A DNA stretch of 28,325 nt. It comes from Isosphaeraceae bacterium. GTDB taxonomy: Bacteria; Planctomycetota; Planctomycetia; Isosphaerales; Isosphaeraceae. The stretch's first letter is position 1; each line of letters starts with the position of its first letter. The stretch covers positions 1-28,325 of the forward strand of contig JBDTIR010000783.1 of the NCBI GenBank assembly GCA_039936275.1, read 5' to 3'. Below, in pieces: positions 1 through 8,559 of the stretch. The notes beneath the pieces were generated by a model that did not search any database, had not been told where the DNA came from, and was given only the letters and a program-made list of their open reading frames with translations. The translations under genes were made by a program, and so were the position numbers.

Positions 1-2
1 TC

Positions 3-296
3 CCCGGCGATTACGACGGCGACGGCAAGGCCGATTACGCGGTCTACCAGCCCAGTTCCGGCAAGCTCTTTGTCCTGCCCTCGAACGGTTCGAGCGCCTA
101 CATTCTCCAGTTCGGCCCGACCAACAACGTCCCATATCTGGGCCCCATTAAGGCCCCGGCTAGCGTTAACGCACTCCGGATCGCGAGTTTCGCCAGGCCC
201 ACCAACCTGACCGATGTGGTCATCGACACCATCGCTGGCGACGCGACGACGTCGTTCCTCTCCTTACCGACCGACGCACGCCGCAAGAGAGCGTGA
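3..296 (+). CDS. 3' end (5'-truncated) of an FG-GAP/VCBS-repeat extracellular protein
   Basis: Frame 3 is open from the window edge: PGDYDGDGKADYAVYQPSSGKLFVLPSNG...TDVVIDTIAGD...DARRKRA, stop TGA at 294-296. GDYDGDGKADYAVY is an FG-GAP-type Ca-binding repeat. Absent from the ORF track because it has no start codon. Confidence 0.8.
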   Translation, partial: PGDYDGDGKADYAVYQPSSGKLFVLPSNGSSAYILQFGPTNNVPYLGPIKAPASVNALRIASFARPTNLTDVVIDTIAGDATTSFLSLPTDARRKRA

Positions 297-318
297 TCCG
301 AAATAAACAACGACAATC

Positions 319-361
319 GATCTTATCGGCCCTTAACGATCACCAAAGGGCCGATAAGATC
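319..361. terminator. Perfect 16-bp hairpin between convergent genes; likely intrinsic terminator, best supported for the minus-strand transcript
   Basis: GATCTTATCGGCCCTT (319-334), 11-nt loop, AAGGGCCGATAAGATC (346-361). On the minus strand it is followed by U-rich GATTGTCGTTGTTTATTT. Confidence 0.7.
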
Positions 362-382
362 AACTCAATCGGTAGCGTCCGG

Positions 383-1636
383 TCATTTGCTGTTGATTGC
401 AGCGAGGTGCGGATTGCGCTCGCGGAACTTACGGGCGCGGTCTTCACGGGCAAATGCTTCGGGCAGGAAGGCGATCGCCTGGTCGATCCGTTCATCAGGC
501 TCGGCGCAACTGAACCGGAGGAACCCTCTCCCAGCCTCGCCGAAGCACTCGCCCCCCAGGCAGGCGACCCCAAAATCGTCGTCGGCCCCCTCAAGCAGGT
601 AGAGTGCCAGGCCATGCGAAGTCAGGCCCAGGCGTTGGCAGATGGCCCGGACGTCGGGGAAGACGTAAAAGGTTCCCGCCGGTGGAACGACAGTGATCCC
701 CTCAATCTTCGCCAACCCCGTGGTCAGACGCTCGACCTTGACCCGGAACTGATGCATGTAGTCGTCTCGGGTCGCCGAGTCGGACTCCAGGGCGGCCTGT
801 GCTGCGCGCTGGACGAACGGCGGGCTGCATGAGGCTGAGGTATTGATGAGGGCGCCGATCGACTCGACCACGGTTGGGTGGCCTACTGCGAAGCCGATCC
901 GCCAGCCGCTCATGCTGTACGACTTGCTGAATGTGTAAGCGGCCACGACGTGATCGAGCATTCCGGGCTGAGCCATGATGGTCTCGTGCCGGCCGTTCCA
1001 GACCATGTGGCAGTACGGTTCGTCAGAAAAGACGACCAGATCGGTGCCGCGCACCACGTCGGCGATGGCCGCCAGGTCGTCGCGGGTGGCTACGCCGCCG
1101 GTCGGGTTGTGCGGTGAATTCAGGAACAAGGCACGGGGACGCGGGTCGGTCGCCAGGAACCTGGCCACGTCGGCTGCTTGAGGCCGGAAGCCGTGCTCGG
1201 CTCGCAAGGCGACTTGCACCACCCTCGCCCCTCGGCGCTGAAGGTTGGGAATGTAGGTCGGGAAGTGCGGGCTGAAGATCAAGACCCCGTCACCAGGGTC
1301 AAGCAGCGCTTCGGCGAAATACTGTTCAAACGGCTTCGCGCCTGAGGCCGCCACGATCTGGTCGGCCGACACATCCAGGCCAAGTTCGTTGTTGACGTGT
1401 CGAGCGGCGGCGGCCCGGAAATCGGCCAGGCCCAGGCTGGGCCCATAGCCGGTTTCATTCCGCTCGATCGCCTGAATTCCAGCAGCCTTAGCATGCGGAG
1501 TCGTAGGGAACGGGCTGTCGCCGATCTCGAGTTCCACGACATCCTTGCCCCGTGCCTTCAGGCCACGCGCCAGGGCCAACACGGTGAACGCGGTCTCGGC
1601 CGTCAGACCTCGGGCAAGAGCACTAAGTCTCGGCAT
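383..1636 (-). CDS. PLP-dependent aminotransferase class I/II (aspartate aminotransferase-like)
   Basis: Motifs LEIGDSPF, GYGPSLGL, NSPHNPTG, DEPY and the PLP-lysine motif SKSYSMSGWRIG; 417 aa. Confidence 0.92.
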   Translation of the reverse strand: MPRLSALARGLTAETAFTVLALARGLKARGKDVVELEIGDSPFPTTPHAKAAGIQAIERNETGYGPSLGLADFRAAAARHVNNELGLDVSADQIVAASGAKPFEQYFAEALLDPGDGVLIFSPHFPTYIPNLQRRGARVVQVALRAEHGFRPQAADVARFLATDPRPRALFLNSPHNPTGGVATRDDLAAIADVVRGTDLVVFSDEPYCHMVWNGRHETIMAQPGMLDHVVAAYTFSKSYSMSGWRIGFAVGHPTVVESIGALINTSASCSPPFVQRAAQAALESDSATRDDYMHQFRVKVERLTTGLAKIEGITVVPPAGTFYVFPDVRAICQRLGLTSHGLALYLLEGADDDFGVACLGGECFGEAGRGFLRFSCAEPDERIDQAIAFLPEAFAREDRARKFRERNPHLAAINSK

Positions 1637-1761
1637 GGTTGGCTCGTCAGGAACGTCATGGAAGACGTCGAAAGAGGATTGATTTGAGCGATCATCAACG
1701 GTTGGGAATCGCGGGCGATCCGTTCATTGCTTTGAGGTTGTTCGTGAGTTCGAATCCCAAA

Positions 1762-2505
1762 CTACTTGGATGCGATGGCCTGCGCCAGGGGGCGGATGAT
1801 TCGAGGGATGATCCTCGACTCGACGATTTCCTCACCGACCTCGCGCTGACGGCGGAATGAGTCGAGGAACGACCGTTCCGGCCCCGCGCCCCAGTATTGC
1901 CTGACGGTGAAGTAGACACTGATCTGCTCGTCTGGGAATTCGCCTGTGCGGATCTGGTAGACATTCGTGCGCGTTTCGATCGACAGGCGGCACTGCAAGC
2001 GGCACGACTCGTCCAGTGCTAAAGTCACTGAGGGCTCATAATTGATCACCCGGCTCCCCGGCGCTTCGAGCAACCCCTCAAGCGACGGGCCAAGGCCCAG
2101 GGCCTCGGCGACCAGTTCGTCGTGGTTGCCGTGATAGGTGAAATCAAAGCCGAACATCACGTCCAGGGCCTCGCAGTCGAGCACGCTGACCGAGAGCAGG
2201 TGCGGCGCCATGTCGAGCACCATCTCGTGCTGCTGATAGGCCGCTTCAAGCGACTCCGGATTGACGTACCCCGAGCAGAGCCGCCGCTCTTCGATCGCCA
2301 ACCAGCGGTAATGCCCCTGTTCCTTGTCTCCTTCCAGGACCAGGTCGCCGCTTTCGCGCGTGTAGAAGTTGCACAGCTCCGGAAAGCCTTTCTTCATTTG
2401 TTCGAAGTAGTGCAAGACGGTGTCGCGCGCGGTCGGCAACTCCATCTCGGTGTTGAGATTCATATTCACATAAAAATCGTCGGCGTCAGACGAATAGAGG
2501 TTCAT
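1762..2505 (-). CDS. Hypothetical cytoplasmic protein (247 aa from MNLYSSDADDFYVNMNL), planctomycete-type
   Basis: Clean globular-looking ORF with host-like codon usage. Start moved to ATG 2505, preceded by GGAGGAGG; the upstream ORF extension is low-complexity. No domain recognised. Confidence 0.75.
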   Translation of the reverse strand: MNLYSSDADDFYVNMNLNTEMELPTARDTVLHYFEQMKKGFPELCNFYTRESGDLVLEGDKEQGHYRWLAIEERRLCSGYVNPESLEAAYQQHEMVLDMAPHLLSVSVLDCEALDVMFGFDFTYHGNHDELVAEALGLGPSLEGLLEAPGSRVINYEPSVTLALDESCRLQCRLSIETRTNVYQIRTGEFPDEQISVYFTVRQYWGAGPERSFLDSFRRQREVGEEIVESRIIPRIIRPLAQAIASK

Positions 2506-2723
2506 CCCAGGCATCCTGAAGGCCCTCCTCCCGTCGCCTTCCGAGGCTCCGGGGGTCGGCAAGAGGTGCGCCGGCCACGCCAACGGGCGATCCAACGGCG
2601 CGGACGCGGTTCATTCCTATCAGGATAACACAGGGGGAGGCCCAGCGGAATGATGAGGCGGCTGAGACGCCAAGCAATCGGTGTCCCAGTCCAGTCCACG
2701 GATTCCGGCACGACGGCGGCCGT

Positions 2724-2737
2724 CCCTTGATCAAGGG
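2724..2737. promoter_or_regulatory. Perfect 14-bp palindrome CCCTTGATCAAGGG in the intergenic region upstream of the hypothetical gene; possible operator
   Basis: Seen directly in the sequence; function inferred from position only. Confidence 0.25.
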
Positions 2738-2899
2738 CGTTGGCAAAAGCTCGACGTTTCAAAAACGGATGCGATTTCGGGTCTGAATGCGTGTTGGGGC
2801 GACCCTTCCAGCCTTGGCTAGCACCTTGGCCGAGATGGACCGCCCCATCGTATTGTTCGCAGACCAAGGGACTACGAACGTCGTGTCAAGCCCGCGACG

Positions 2900-3214
2900 T
2901 CAGGCCGTGACCCGACGACGACGCTCCAAGGCCCGGCGCACCGAACGGCCGACCCGCTTGGCGGCGCGGTCTACAAGGGTGAATGGGTCGTCGCCCGTGC
3001 CTTCGAGCATCACCACTCCTTTGGGAACCAGATTGACGAGGATCCGGCACTGTTTGTCGACCCCGCCGCGAGGGCCGTTGAGGTCGGTGAGACGAACCGT
3101 CACCCGATCGATCCTGGCCGCGAGCCGCCCCAGGGCGAAGTGCAGCCGGCGCTCGATGTGCGCCTTCAGGTCGTCGTTCAAGCCATAATTTACGCCATGA
3201 ATTTCCAGTCGCAT
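2900..3214 (-). CDS. HPF/RaiA-family ribosome-associated (hibernation-type) protein
   Basis: Pattern HIERRLHFALGR...RVTVRLTDLNGPRGGVDKQCRI...AAKRVGRSVRR fits the short HPF/RaiA fold; GGAG SD before the ATG. Confidence 0.85.
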   Translation of the reverse strand: MRLEIHGVNYGLNDDLKAHIERRLHFALGRLAARIDRVTVRLTDLNGPRGGVDKQCRILVNLVPKGVVMLEGTGDDPFTLVDRAAKRVGRSVRRALERRRRVTA

Positions 3215-3435
3215 GCCATGATCTCCAATCGAAATAGGCCCCGTGACACGATAGCCATTGATGAGATTCAGGGGACAATCGACCTCAATCTTCCCGGATT
3301 GATCCGTTTGGGTACTCGATCACGCACTGTCTATTATAACGCGCGATACCTCTGCCCGTGACTTCACGGAGCGGCATCAAAGGACGACGGCGATGCGGGG
3401 TACAGGTTCCTCCGTTTCGAGAATGGAACGATACG

Positions 3436-4149
3436 TTAGACGGCCGATTCGCGCGCTGAGCGCGCGAAGCTGCGCGTGCCGACGAGTTCGCCGTGATGGT
3501 GACGGATAATCGCCCCTTCCTTGAGGTAGACGACTTCCTCGGCGATGTTGGTAGCGTGATCGGCGATCCGCTCCAGATGCCCAGCGGCGGAGAACAGGTG
3601 CAGGCCGGCGTCGAGACGATCGGGACGGACGCGGATCATCGTCTTGATCTTGTCGATCAACTGGCGGTGCTGGTGGTCAACCTCGTCGTCCAGGGCGATG
3701 ACGGCGCGACCGCGGCCGGCGTCAGTCTCAACCAAGGCGTCGAGGCTGCCGCGGACCATTTCCACGACCAAGGCGGTCATAACCTCCATGTCTTCGGGAA
3801 TCGGCACAACCTGGGGATCTTCGTCCAGGGCGAGCAAGCGCTGCGCGATACTGACCGCCAAGTCGGCGATCCGTTCCAGTTCATTGTTGATCTTCAAGAC
3901 GGCGATCACGCGGCGCAGGTCGCTGGCCACCGGATCATGCAAAGCCAGCACACGGAGACAATCTTCCGCGATCCGAACTTCCATTCGGTCAATAATCCGG
4001 TCCCTTCGGATAACTCGCCGCGCCAGGACAGGATCATGATCGCAGAGCGAGCGAACCGAAGCCTGGATCATCTCTTCCACAAGCGCGGCGAGCTTGAGCA
4101 CCGCCGTCGTCAGCCGTTTCATGTCTCGGACGAAGAGACTGGCCATCAT
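3436..4149 (-). CDS. phoU: Phosphate signalling complex protein PhoU (stand-alone)
   Basis: Two PhoU repeats: IDRMEVRIAEDC...PVASDLR...LERIADLA and DDEVD...LERIADHATNIAE. Start at ATG 4149 (MMASLFVRDMKRL); alternative TTG at 4179. Confidence 0.93.
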   Translation of the reverse strand: MMASLFVRDMKRLTTAVLKLAALVEEMIQASVRSLCDHDPVLARRVIRRDRIIDRMEVRIAEDCLRVLALHDPVASDLRRVIAVLKINNELERIADLAVSIAQRLLALDEDPQVVPIPEDMEVMTALVVEMVRGSLDALVETDAGRGRAVIALDDEVDHQHRQLIDKIKTMIRVRPDRLDAGLHLFSAAGHLERIADHATNIAEEVVYLKEGAIIRHHHGELVGTRSFARSARESAV

Positions 4150-4229
4150 TCCCACCACCGGGGCCCTTGGACGCCCCAAATAAGTCCTCTTTGATCTCGT
4201 TCAGCCTTGTGGACACGGAGCGTCAACCT

Positions 4230-4682
4230 TCAAGAATAGTGTTCCTCACGGATGGCTTCGTCCGACCCCGAGAGCACCGCGGCGCGGGAGCCGCGGGGGT
4301 GGACCAGGCTGGCCCTTGACCAGTCAAGATTCCGCAATCGCCGGTCCTGAGCCAGCGCAGGCCAGTCCGCGAAATCGAGCGCCAATTCGATCAAGTGGAC
4401 CTGGACGGGAGAAAGCGGCGACCTGGACACCGGATTGGTCGTGACCAGGTCTCGGACGAACCGGCGCATCCACCCGGGGCTCAACGATTCGTCGGCTTCC
4501 GAGTCGGATCGCTTGGGAACCATTCCCGGGGCGAACCCGGCCAACCAGGCTGCAATCCCGTCCGTCACCTGGTCCCGCACCGCGCTTGCCTCCTGATCAG
4601 GTTTCATCATCAAATCGATCATGTCGTCGTATTCCTTAATGCAGAGATCCGCGGGCGGCTCAAGGTTCGGGTCGCTGTCCAC
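4230..4682 (-). CDS. Hypothetical protein (~150 aa)
   Basis: The ORF fills the gap between neighbours. GTG start at 4682 follows GAGGGA and lies 22 nt after the stop of the upstream small ORF. Helical-looking core; no family recognised. Confidence 0.45.
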   Translation of the reverse strand: MDSDPNLEPPADLCIKEYDDMIDLMMKPDQEASAVRDQVTDGIAAWLAGFAPGMVPKRSDSEADESLSPGWMRRFVRDLVTTNPVSRSPLSPVQVHLIELALDFADWPALAQDRRLRNLDWSRASLVHPRGSRAAVLSGSDEAIREEHYS

Positions 4683-4704
4683 CTTGCGTCCCTCTGATGC
4701 GTGA

Positions 4705-5010
4705 TCAAGAGAACAGAGGCTGCTCGCCAGCGGCCTTGCTGTCACGGCGTCGCGGTTGTTGCCGGAGCCGAACCGCCCAAGCGGCCTTGATGTCGGCAAG
4801 GGCCTGTTCAATCTCGGCGCGCTCCTCAGGACAGTGAGCAAAATCGAGAGCACCGGTCAGTCGACGCAGCAAGTGGCTGGCCGCGTCCCGAGGTGTCGGC
4901 CCTTCCCCTCGGATTTCCGGATAATTGCGGTGGTACATCTGGGAATATCGAATGTGAAGCCAATGCCCATGCGTAACAACAATACAGTTATTTAAAATGT
5001 ATGCCATCAT
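4705..5010 (-). CDS. Small hypothetical protein (101 aa), resembling a recurrent Isosphaeraceae small-protein family
   Basis: Strong SD GAGGAGG before the ATG. Core YHRNYPEIRGEGPTP...HL...LTGALD...IEQALADIKA resembles small planctomycete proteins (from recall, not a search). Confidence 0.65.
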   Translation of the reverse strand: MMAYILNNCIVVTHGHWLHIRYSQMYHRNYPEIRGEGPTPRDAASHLLRRLTGALDFAHCPEERAEIEQALADIKAAWAVRLRQQPRRRDSKAAGEQPLFS

Positions 5011-5086
5011 GATCCCTCCTCAAGATGCAGTGCATTCCGTCCGTTTTCCTCGGATCAAATCATCAGCCAAGTCAGCGCCAGCCGAG

Positions 5087-5413
5087 TCAGGCGTGGACTA
5101 AGGCCCTACGAACCGGGCGGGACGATCCGGCCAGGCCAAGTTCGTCGTAGCTCTCGTCCAGGGTCGCTCGAGCCGGTTCGGGCGAGAATTCCTCGCACGG
5201 CCACTCATGATACCGCTGCCTTGCCCCCAGAGCGCCCGTCCAGTCGTATCCTCTGTACGACAACCTTTTGAGCGTTTCGGCCTCAATGTCACGACTGGTA
5301 AGACACAAGCAACGATCCGTCCGGCCTGTCCGCGTTCCAGGGGTGTTGATCCGGCCTTGAAGCCGGTTGTTGGTTGCGCTGGTCGAAGCGCGAACGATGG
5401 TTTCCATAGTCAC
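5087..5413 (-). CDS. Possible small hypothetical protein (108 aa) overlapping the previous ORF in another frame
   Basis: The C-terminal half (RYHEWPCEEF...LDESYDELGLAG) looks protein-like and fills otherwise empty space. Weak start and a 125-nt overlap lower confidence. Confidence 0.3.
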   Translation of the reverse strand: MTMETIVRASTSATNNRLQGRINTPGTRTGRTDRCLCLTSRDIEAETLKRLSYRGYDWTGALGARQRYHEWPCEEFSPEPARATLDESYDELGLAGSSRPVRRALVHA

Positions 5414-5546
5414 GTCTGAAGTCCTTTAAAGGCGAGGGCGATGGAGGTGTGCTACCCTCGTCATCCTCCCAACGAAGCAGGCAATAGTCGTAGTGGCTGC
5501 CGACCGTGCGGCGTTGATCGGAATCCGTCCAGGTGTTAGTCAACAT
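5289..5546 (-). CDS. Small hypothetical protein (85 aa) with a RWEDDEG motif
   Basis: Strong SD GGAGGA 6 nt before the ATG. RWEDDEG resembles the RWE(D/N)EGG motif seen in small bacterial proteins. Confidence 0.5.
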   Translation of the reverse strand: MLTNTWTDSDQRRTVGSHYDYCLLRWEDDEGSTPPSPSPLKDFRRDYGNHRSRFDQRNQQPASRPDQHPWNADRPDGSLLVSYQS

Positions 5547-5623
5547 GGTGATTCCTCCGTGTGCATTCGAATGCTTGTTGAGCCGACCCGAGGGCGAGGC
5601 GGGCCGGCCCGACGGCCGGTTGG

Positions 5624-6622
5624 TCAGGCGGCCGTTCCCCGGCCCAGCGCCTGGTCCACGTCCCAGATCCGCACGGTGCCGTCGAGGCTCCCCGAGGCCA
5701 AGAGCGTGCCGTCTGGCGAGAAGGCCACGGTGTAGACGTTGCCGGTGTGACCCAGCAAGGTCGTCAATTCCTGGCCCGTCACTGTGTCCCAGAGCTTGAT
5801 CGATTGATCGTGGGAGCCGCTTGCAAGGATCGCGCCATCGGGCGAGAAAGCGACGGCGGCGACCCAGCCTTCGTGCCCGCTCAAAGTCGCGCGCTCCCGC
5901 TCTTTGGCAACGTCCCAGAGCTTCACGACCCGGTCAAAGCCGCCAGAGGCCAGGGTCGCGCCGTCGGGCGAGAAATCGACCGAGATGATCCCAAAGTCGT
6001 GTCCTGAGAGATTCGCCCGCACTTTGGGAGTTGGGCCGGAGAGATCCCAGAGGCGGACCTCACCGTGGCGGATGTTCTCCATCGGGCCGGCCACAGCGGG
6101 GACCATTCCCGAGGCTGCGGCCAGCAAGCCGCCGCTTGGAGCGTAGGCGACCGACCAGATCGGCCCTTGGTGGTCTTGCAGGCAGGCCCGCTCGCGCCCC
6201 TTGGCCACGTCCCAGAGCGTCACTGATCGGCAGTCGCCGCTGGCGGTGGCCAGCATCAGGCTGTCCGGGGAGAAGGCGATCGCGTCTAACTTGCCGCTCT
6301 CACGGACCAAGGCGCGGCCACGCCCGGACTCAGAGCCCCACAACGTCACGGCGCCGAACGGGGCATCGTCGAAGCCGGTGCCCAGACCCGCGATCGACTT
6401 GCCGTCAGGCGTGAACGCGACAGCCTCGACCTCGTCCCACTCACCCCGCAGGGTTCGCTTCAGCTTGAGTTTCGCGCCGCTGAGTTCCCAGAGCTTAATC
6501 GTGCCGTCCCAGCTTCCGCTCGCGAGGCTTTGGCCGTCAGGCGCAAAGGCCACCGACGTTACGACGTTGCTATGGCTGGCCTGGCGGCTAGTCCGCGCCT
6601 TGGTTTCGATGGAAGTCGCCAT
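5624..6622 (-). CDS. Stand-alone 7-bladed WD40 beta-propeller protein
   Basis: Seven repeats of the type H..V..VAFSPDG..LASGS.D..I.LWD counted in 332 aa; SD AAGGA; no signal peptide or catalytic domain. Confidence 0.93.
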   Translation of the reverse strand: MATSIETKARTSRQASHSNVVTSVAFAPDGQSLASGSWDGTIKLWELSGAKLKLKRTLRGEWDEVEAVAFTPDGKSIAGLGTGFDDAPFGAVTLWGSESGRGRALVRESGKLDAIAFSPDSLMLATASGDCRSVTLWDVAKGRERACLQDHQGPIWSVAYAPSGGLLAAASGMVPAVAGPMENIRHGEVRLWDLSGPTPKVRANLSGHDFGIISVDFSPDGATLASGGFDRVVKLWDVAKERERATLSGHEGWVAAVAFSPDGAILASGSHDQSIKLWDTVTGQELTTLLGHTGNVYTVAFSPDGTLLASGSLDGTVRIWDVDQALGRGTAA

Positions 6623-6839
6623 TGGTTTTCAGTTCCTTTGAGAACGTGAGGATCAATTCCGTTGGTGTCGTTCCATTGGCGCGCAGTGGAACTCGTGGTT
6701 CGGTTCCAGCCCGATGCTCATTCCAAAGACACTGGCGAGCACCACTGCAACGGATCAAAACGACTTGAAAAAGACAGCGATGACCCGCGATTCTTTGGAG
6801 GGTCGTTAGAAGTGCGCTGTCAGACGTAAGACTCTATAC

Positions 6840-6854
6840 GCGATTATGGTGCCA
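6840..6854 (-). promoter_or_regulatory. Sigma54 (-24/-12) promoter upstream of the WD40 gene
   Basis: Minus strand reads TGGCAC-CATAA-TCGC against consensus TGGCAC-N5-TTGC (one mismatch, GG-N10-GC spacing exact). It lies directly downstream of a sigma54 activator gene. Confidence 0.7.
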
Positions 6855-6894
6855 ACAACGGAAGGAATTCAGGTCTACCACGAATTATCTTCGC

Positions 6895-6922
6895 TTAAAT
6901 CACTATTAATTAAGGGATTATA
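6895..6922. promoter_or_regulatory. AT-rich tract, possible IHF/DNA-bending site of the sigma54 promoter
   Basis: TTAAATCACTATTAATTAAGGGATTATA in a GC-rich background, 40-70 bp upstream of the -24 element; only a partial match to the IHF consensus. Confidence 0.35.
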
Positions 6923-6995
6923 GCGACGATTGTCGAGAGGAGGTGACGTGGTCGAACCAGACCGGTAAGGTCAGAGGACAGGACGAACTGACCGC

Positions 6996-8441
6996 CTAAC
7001 GACCTGGCTGGTCGTCGGCCGACCAGACGGCCTTGCCAATCTGGAGGCCGAGCGTGCGGATCTTGGTTCGTAAGCTGCCCCGAGTGATTCCCAGGAGCTT
7101 TGCCGCTTGTAATTGGTTTCCTCGGGTGTGTCGAAGCACCCCCGTCACGAGCGACCGCTCCATGACCGCCAACGCCTCGGCGTACAGGTCGTGCGAGCCT
7201 GACCGCAGGCGGTCCTCCAGGAATCCCTCCCAGTCAATCGGCGCGGTTGATGGTCCTTCCGGCTCCTCGCCCCCTCGCACCGAAGTCGGCAGAAAGTCGG
7301 CGACCAGGACGGGCCCCTGCGCTCGCAAGAGCGCCTGCTTCACGACGCTTTGCAGCTCGCGGACGTTGCCCGGCCAGGAGTGGCGGCGGAGCACCTCCAG
7401 GGCGTCCGGGGCGATCCGATCCACCTCTTTGCCCAGCTCGGGGCTGAACCGTCTCACGAAATGCTCAACGAGCATCGGTACGTCTTCGGGCCGATCGCGC
7501 AAGGGCGGCAAACGGATCGTGACGATGCCGAGCCGGTAATATAGGTCGCCTCGGAATTCGCCGGCAGCGACCATCTGCGCCAGATCTCGATTGGTTGCGG
7601 CGATCACCCGAACGTCGGTCTGGACCGTTTCGTTGCCGCCAACCCGCTCGATTCGGCCATCCTGAAGCACCCGAAGCACCTTCGCCTGGGTCAAAGGGGT
7701 CATGTCGCCGATCTCATCCAGGAAGAGCGTGCCCCCCGAACATTGCTCAAACTTACCGATCCGTTGGCGGTCGGCCCCGGTAAACGCCCCTTTCTCGTGG
7801 CCGAACAACTCACTCTCCAGCAAAGGCTCGGGGATCGCGGCGCAGTTGATTGCCAGAAACGGCCCAGCGGCCCGCCTGCTGTGCTGGTAGACGGCGCGAG
7901 CCACCAACTCCTTCCCTGTGCCGCTTTCACCCAGGATGAGCACGGCAAGGTCTTGAGGCGCGACTAAGCCGATCGCCTTATAAACCTCCTGCATGGCGAG
8001 TGATCGACCAACAAGGACGTCGGTCGACCCTGGCCGCGCCTGGATCTCGTCGGGGACCAGGGCGGGAACCCGCGTCAGCCTGCTGACTTCCGCGGCACGT
8101 TCGACCAAATCGCGCACCTTGGCGACGTCGAGAGGTTTGAGCAGGTAGTCGAAGGCCCCTTGTTTCATGGCCTCGATCGCCGTCTCGGTCGTGCCATGCC
8201 CCGTAATGAAGATGACCGGAATCCGGGCGTCGATCCTTCGGATTTCGTGGAAGACCTCCATGCCGGAGCGGTCGGGCAAATTCAGGTCCAGAACCACCAC
8301 GTCGGGCCGCGTCCTGGAGACGGTCTCTAAACCCTCCGCCCCGTCGGAGGCCGTCAAGAGGGTATCGTCCGGATCGGCGAACGCCCTGCGGAACGCATGC
8401 AGAATCGAAGGCTCGTCGTCAATAATCAGGATGTTTGCCAT
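6996..8441 (-). CDS. NtrC-family sigma54-dependent response regulator (REC-AAA+-HTH)
   Basis: Receiver IIDDE...VVVLDLNLP; Walker A GESGTGKE; intact GAFTGA; Walker B LFLDEIGD; WPGNVRELQ; Fis-type HTH NQLQAAKLLGITRGSLR. Start at ATG 8441 after GAGGGGG. Confidence 0.95.
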   Translation of the reverse strand: MANILIIDDEPSILHAFRRAFADPDDTLLTASDGAEGLETVSRTRPDVVVLDLNLPDRSGMEVFHEIRRIDARIPVIFITGHGTTETAIEAMKQGAFDYLLKPLDVAKVRDLVERAAEVSRLTRVPALVPDEIQARPGSTDVLVGRSLAMQEVYKAIGLVAPQDLAVLILGESGTGKELVARAVYQHSRRAAGPFLAINCAAIPEPLLESELFGHEKGAFTGADRQRIGKFEQCSGGTLFLDEIGDMTPLTQAKVLRVLQDGRIERVGGNETVQTDVRVIAATNRDLAQMVAAGEFRGDLYYRLGIVTIRLPPLRDRPEDVPMLVEHFVRRFSPELGKEVDRIAPDALEVLRRHSWPGNVRELQSVVKQALLRAQGPVLVADFLPTSVRGGEEPEGPSTAPIDWEGFLEDRLRSGSHDLYAEALAVMERSLVTGVLRHTRGNQLQAAKLLGITRGSLRTKIRTLGLQIGKAVWSADDQPGR

Positions 8442-8559
8442 TTTGGCTCGTTCCCCCTCAAACACGTCATCGATTCGACTTGTTCCGGCCCGATCGATAG
8501 ATTGATGGGCAACGAGTCACGTCCAGCCCAGAACCAGATTCTGATTGTTCTTGATCGAT

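Noticed and set aside
3333-3338. Perfect TATAAT (minus strand) upstream of the HPF-like gene
   Set aside because: No credible -35 or extended -10 accompanies it; not enough for a promoter call.
4680-4720. GGGACGCAAG resembling part of a c-di-GMP-I riboswitch
   Set aside because: The first stem and GCAAA element are missing; the segment is simply the SD region of the next ORF.
5066-5080. Second possible sigma54 promoter TGGCGC-N5-TGGC upstream of the 101-aa ORF
   Set aside because: Spacing is right but the -12 box is poor; such matches are expected by chance in GC-rich DNA.
5424-5430. In-phase -1 slippery heptamer T TTA AAG in the 85-aa ORF
   Set aside because: The -1 frame reaches TGA after a few codons and does not lead into the overlapping 108-aa ORF, which is in the +1 frame.
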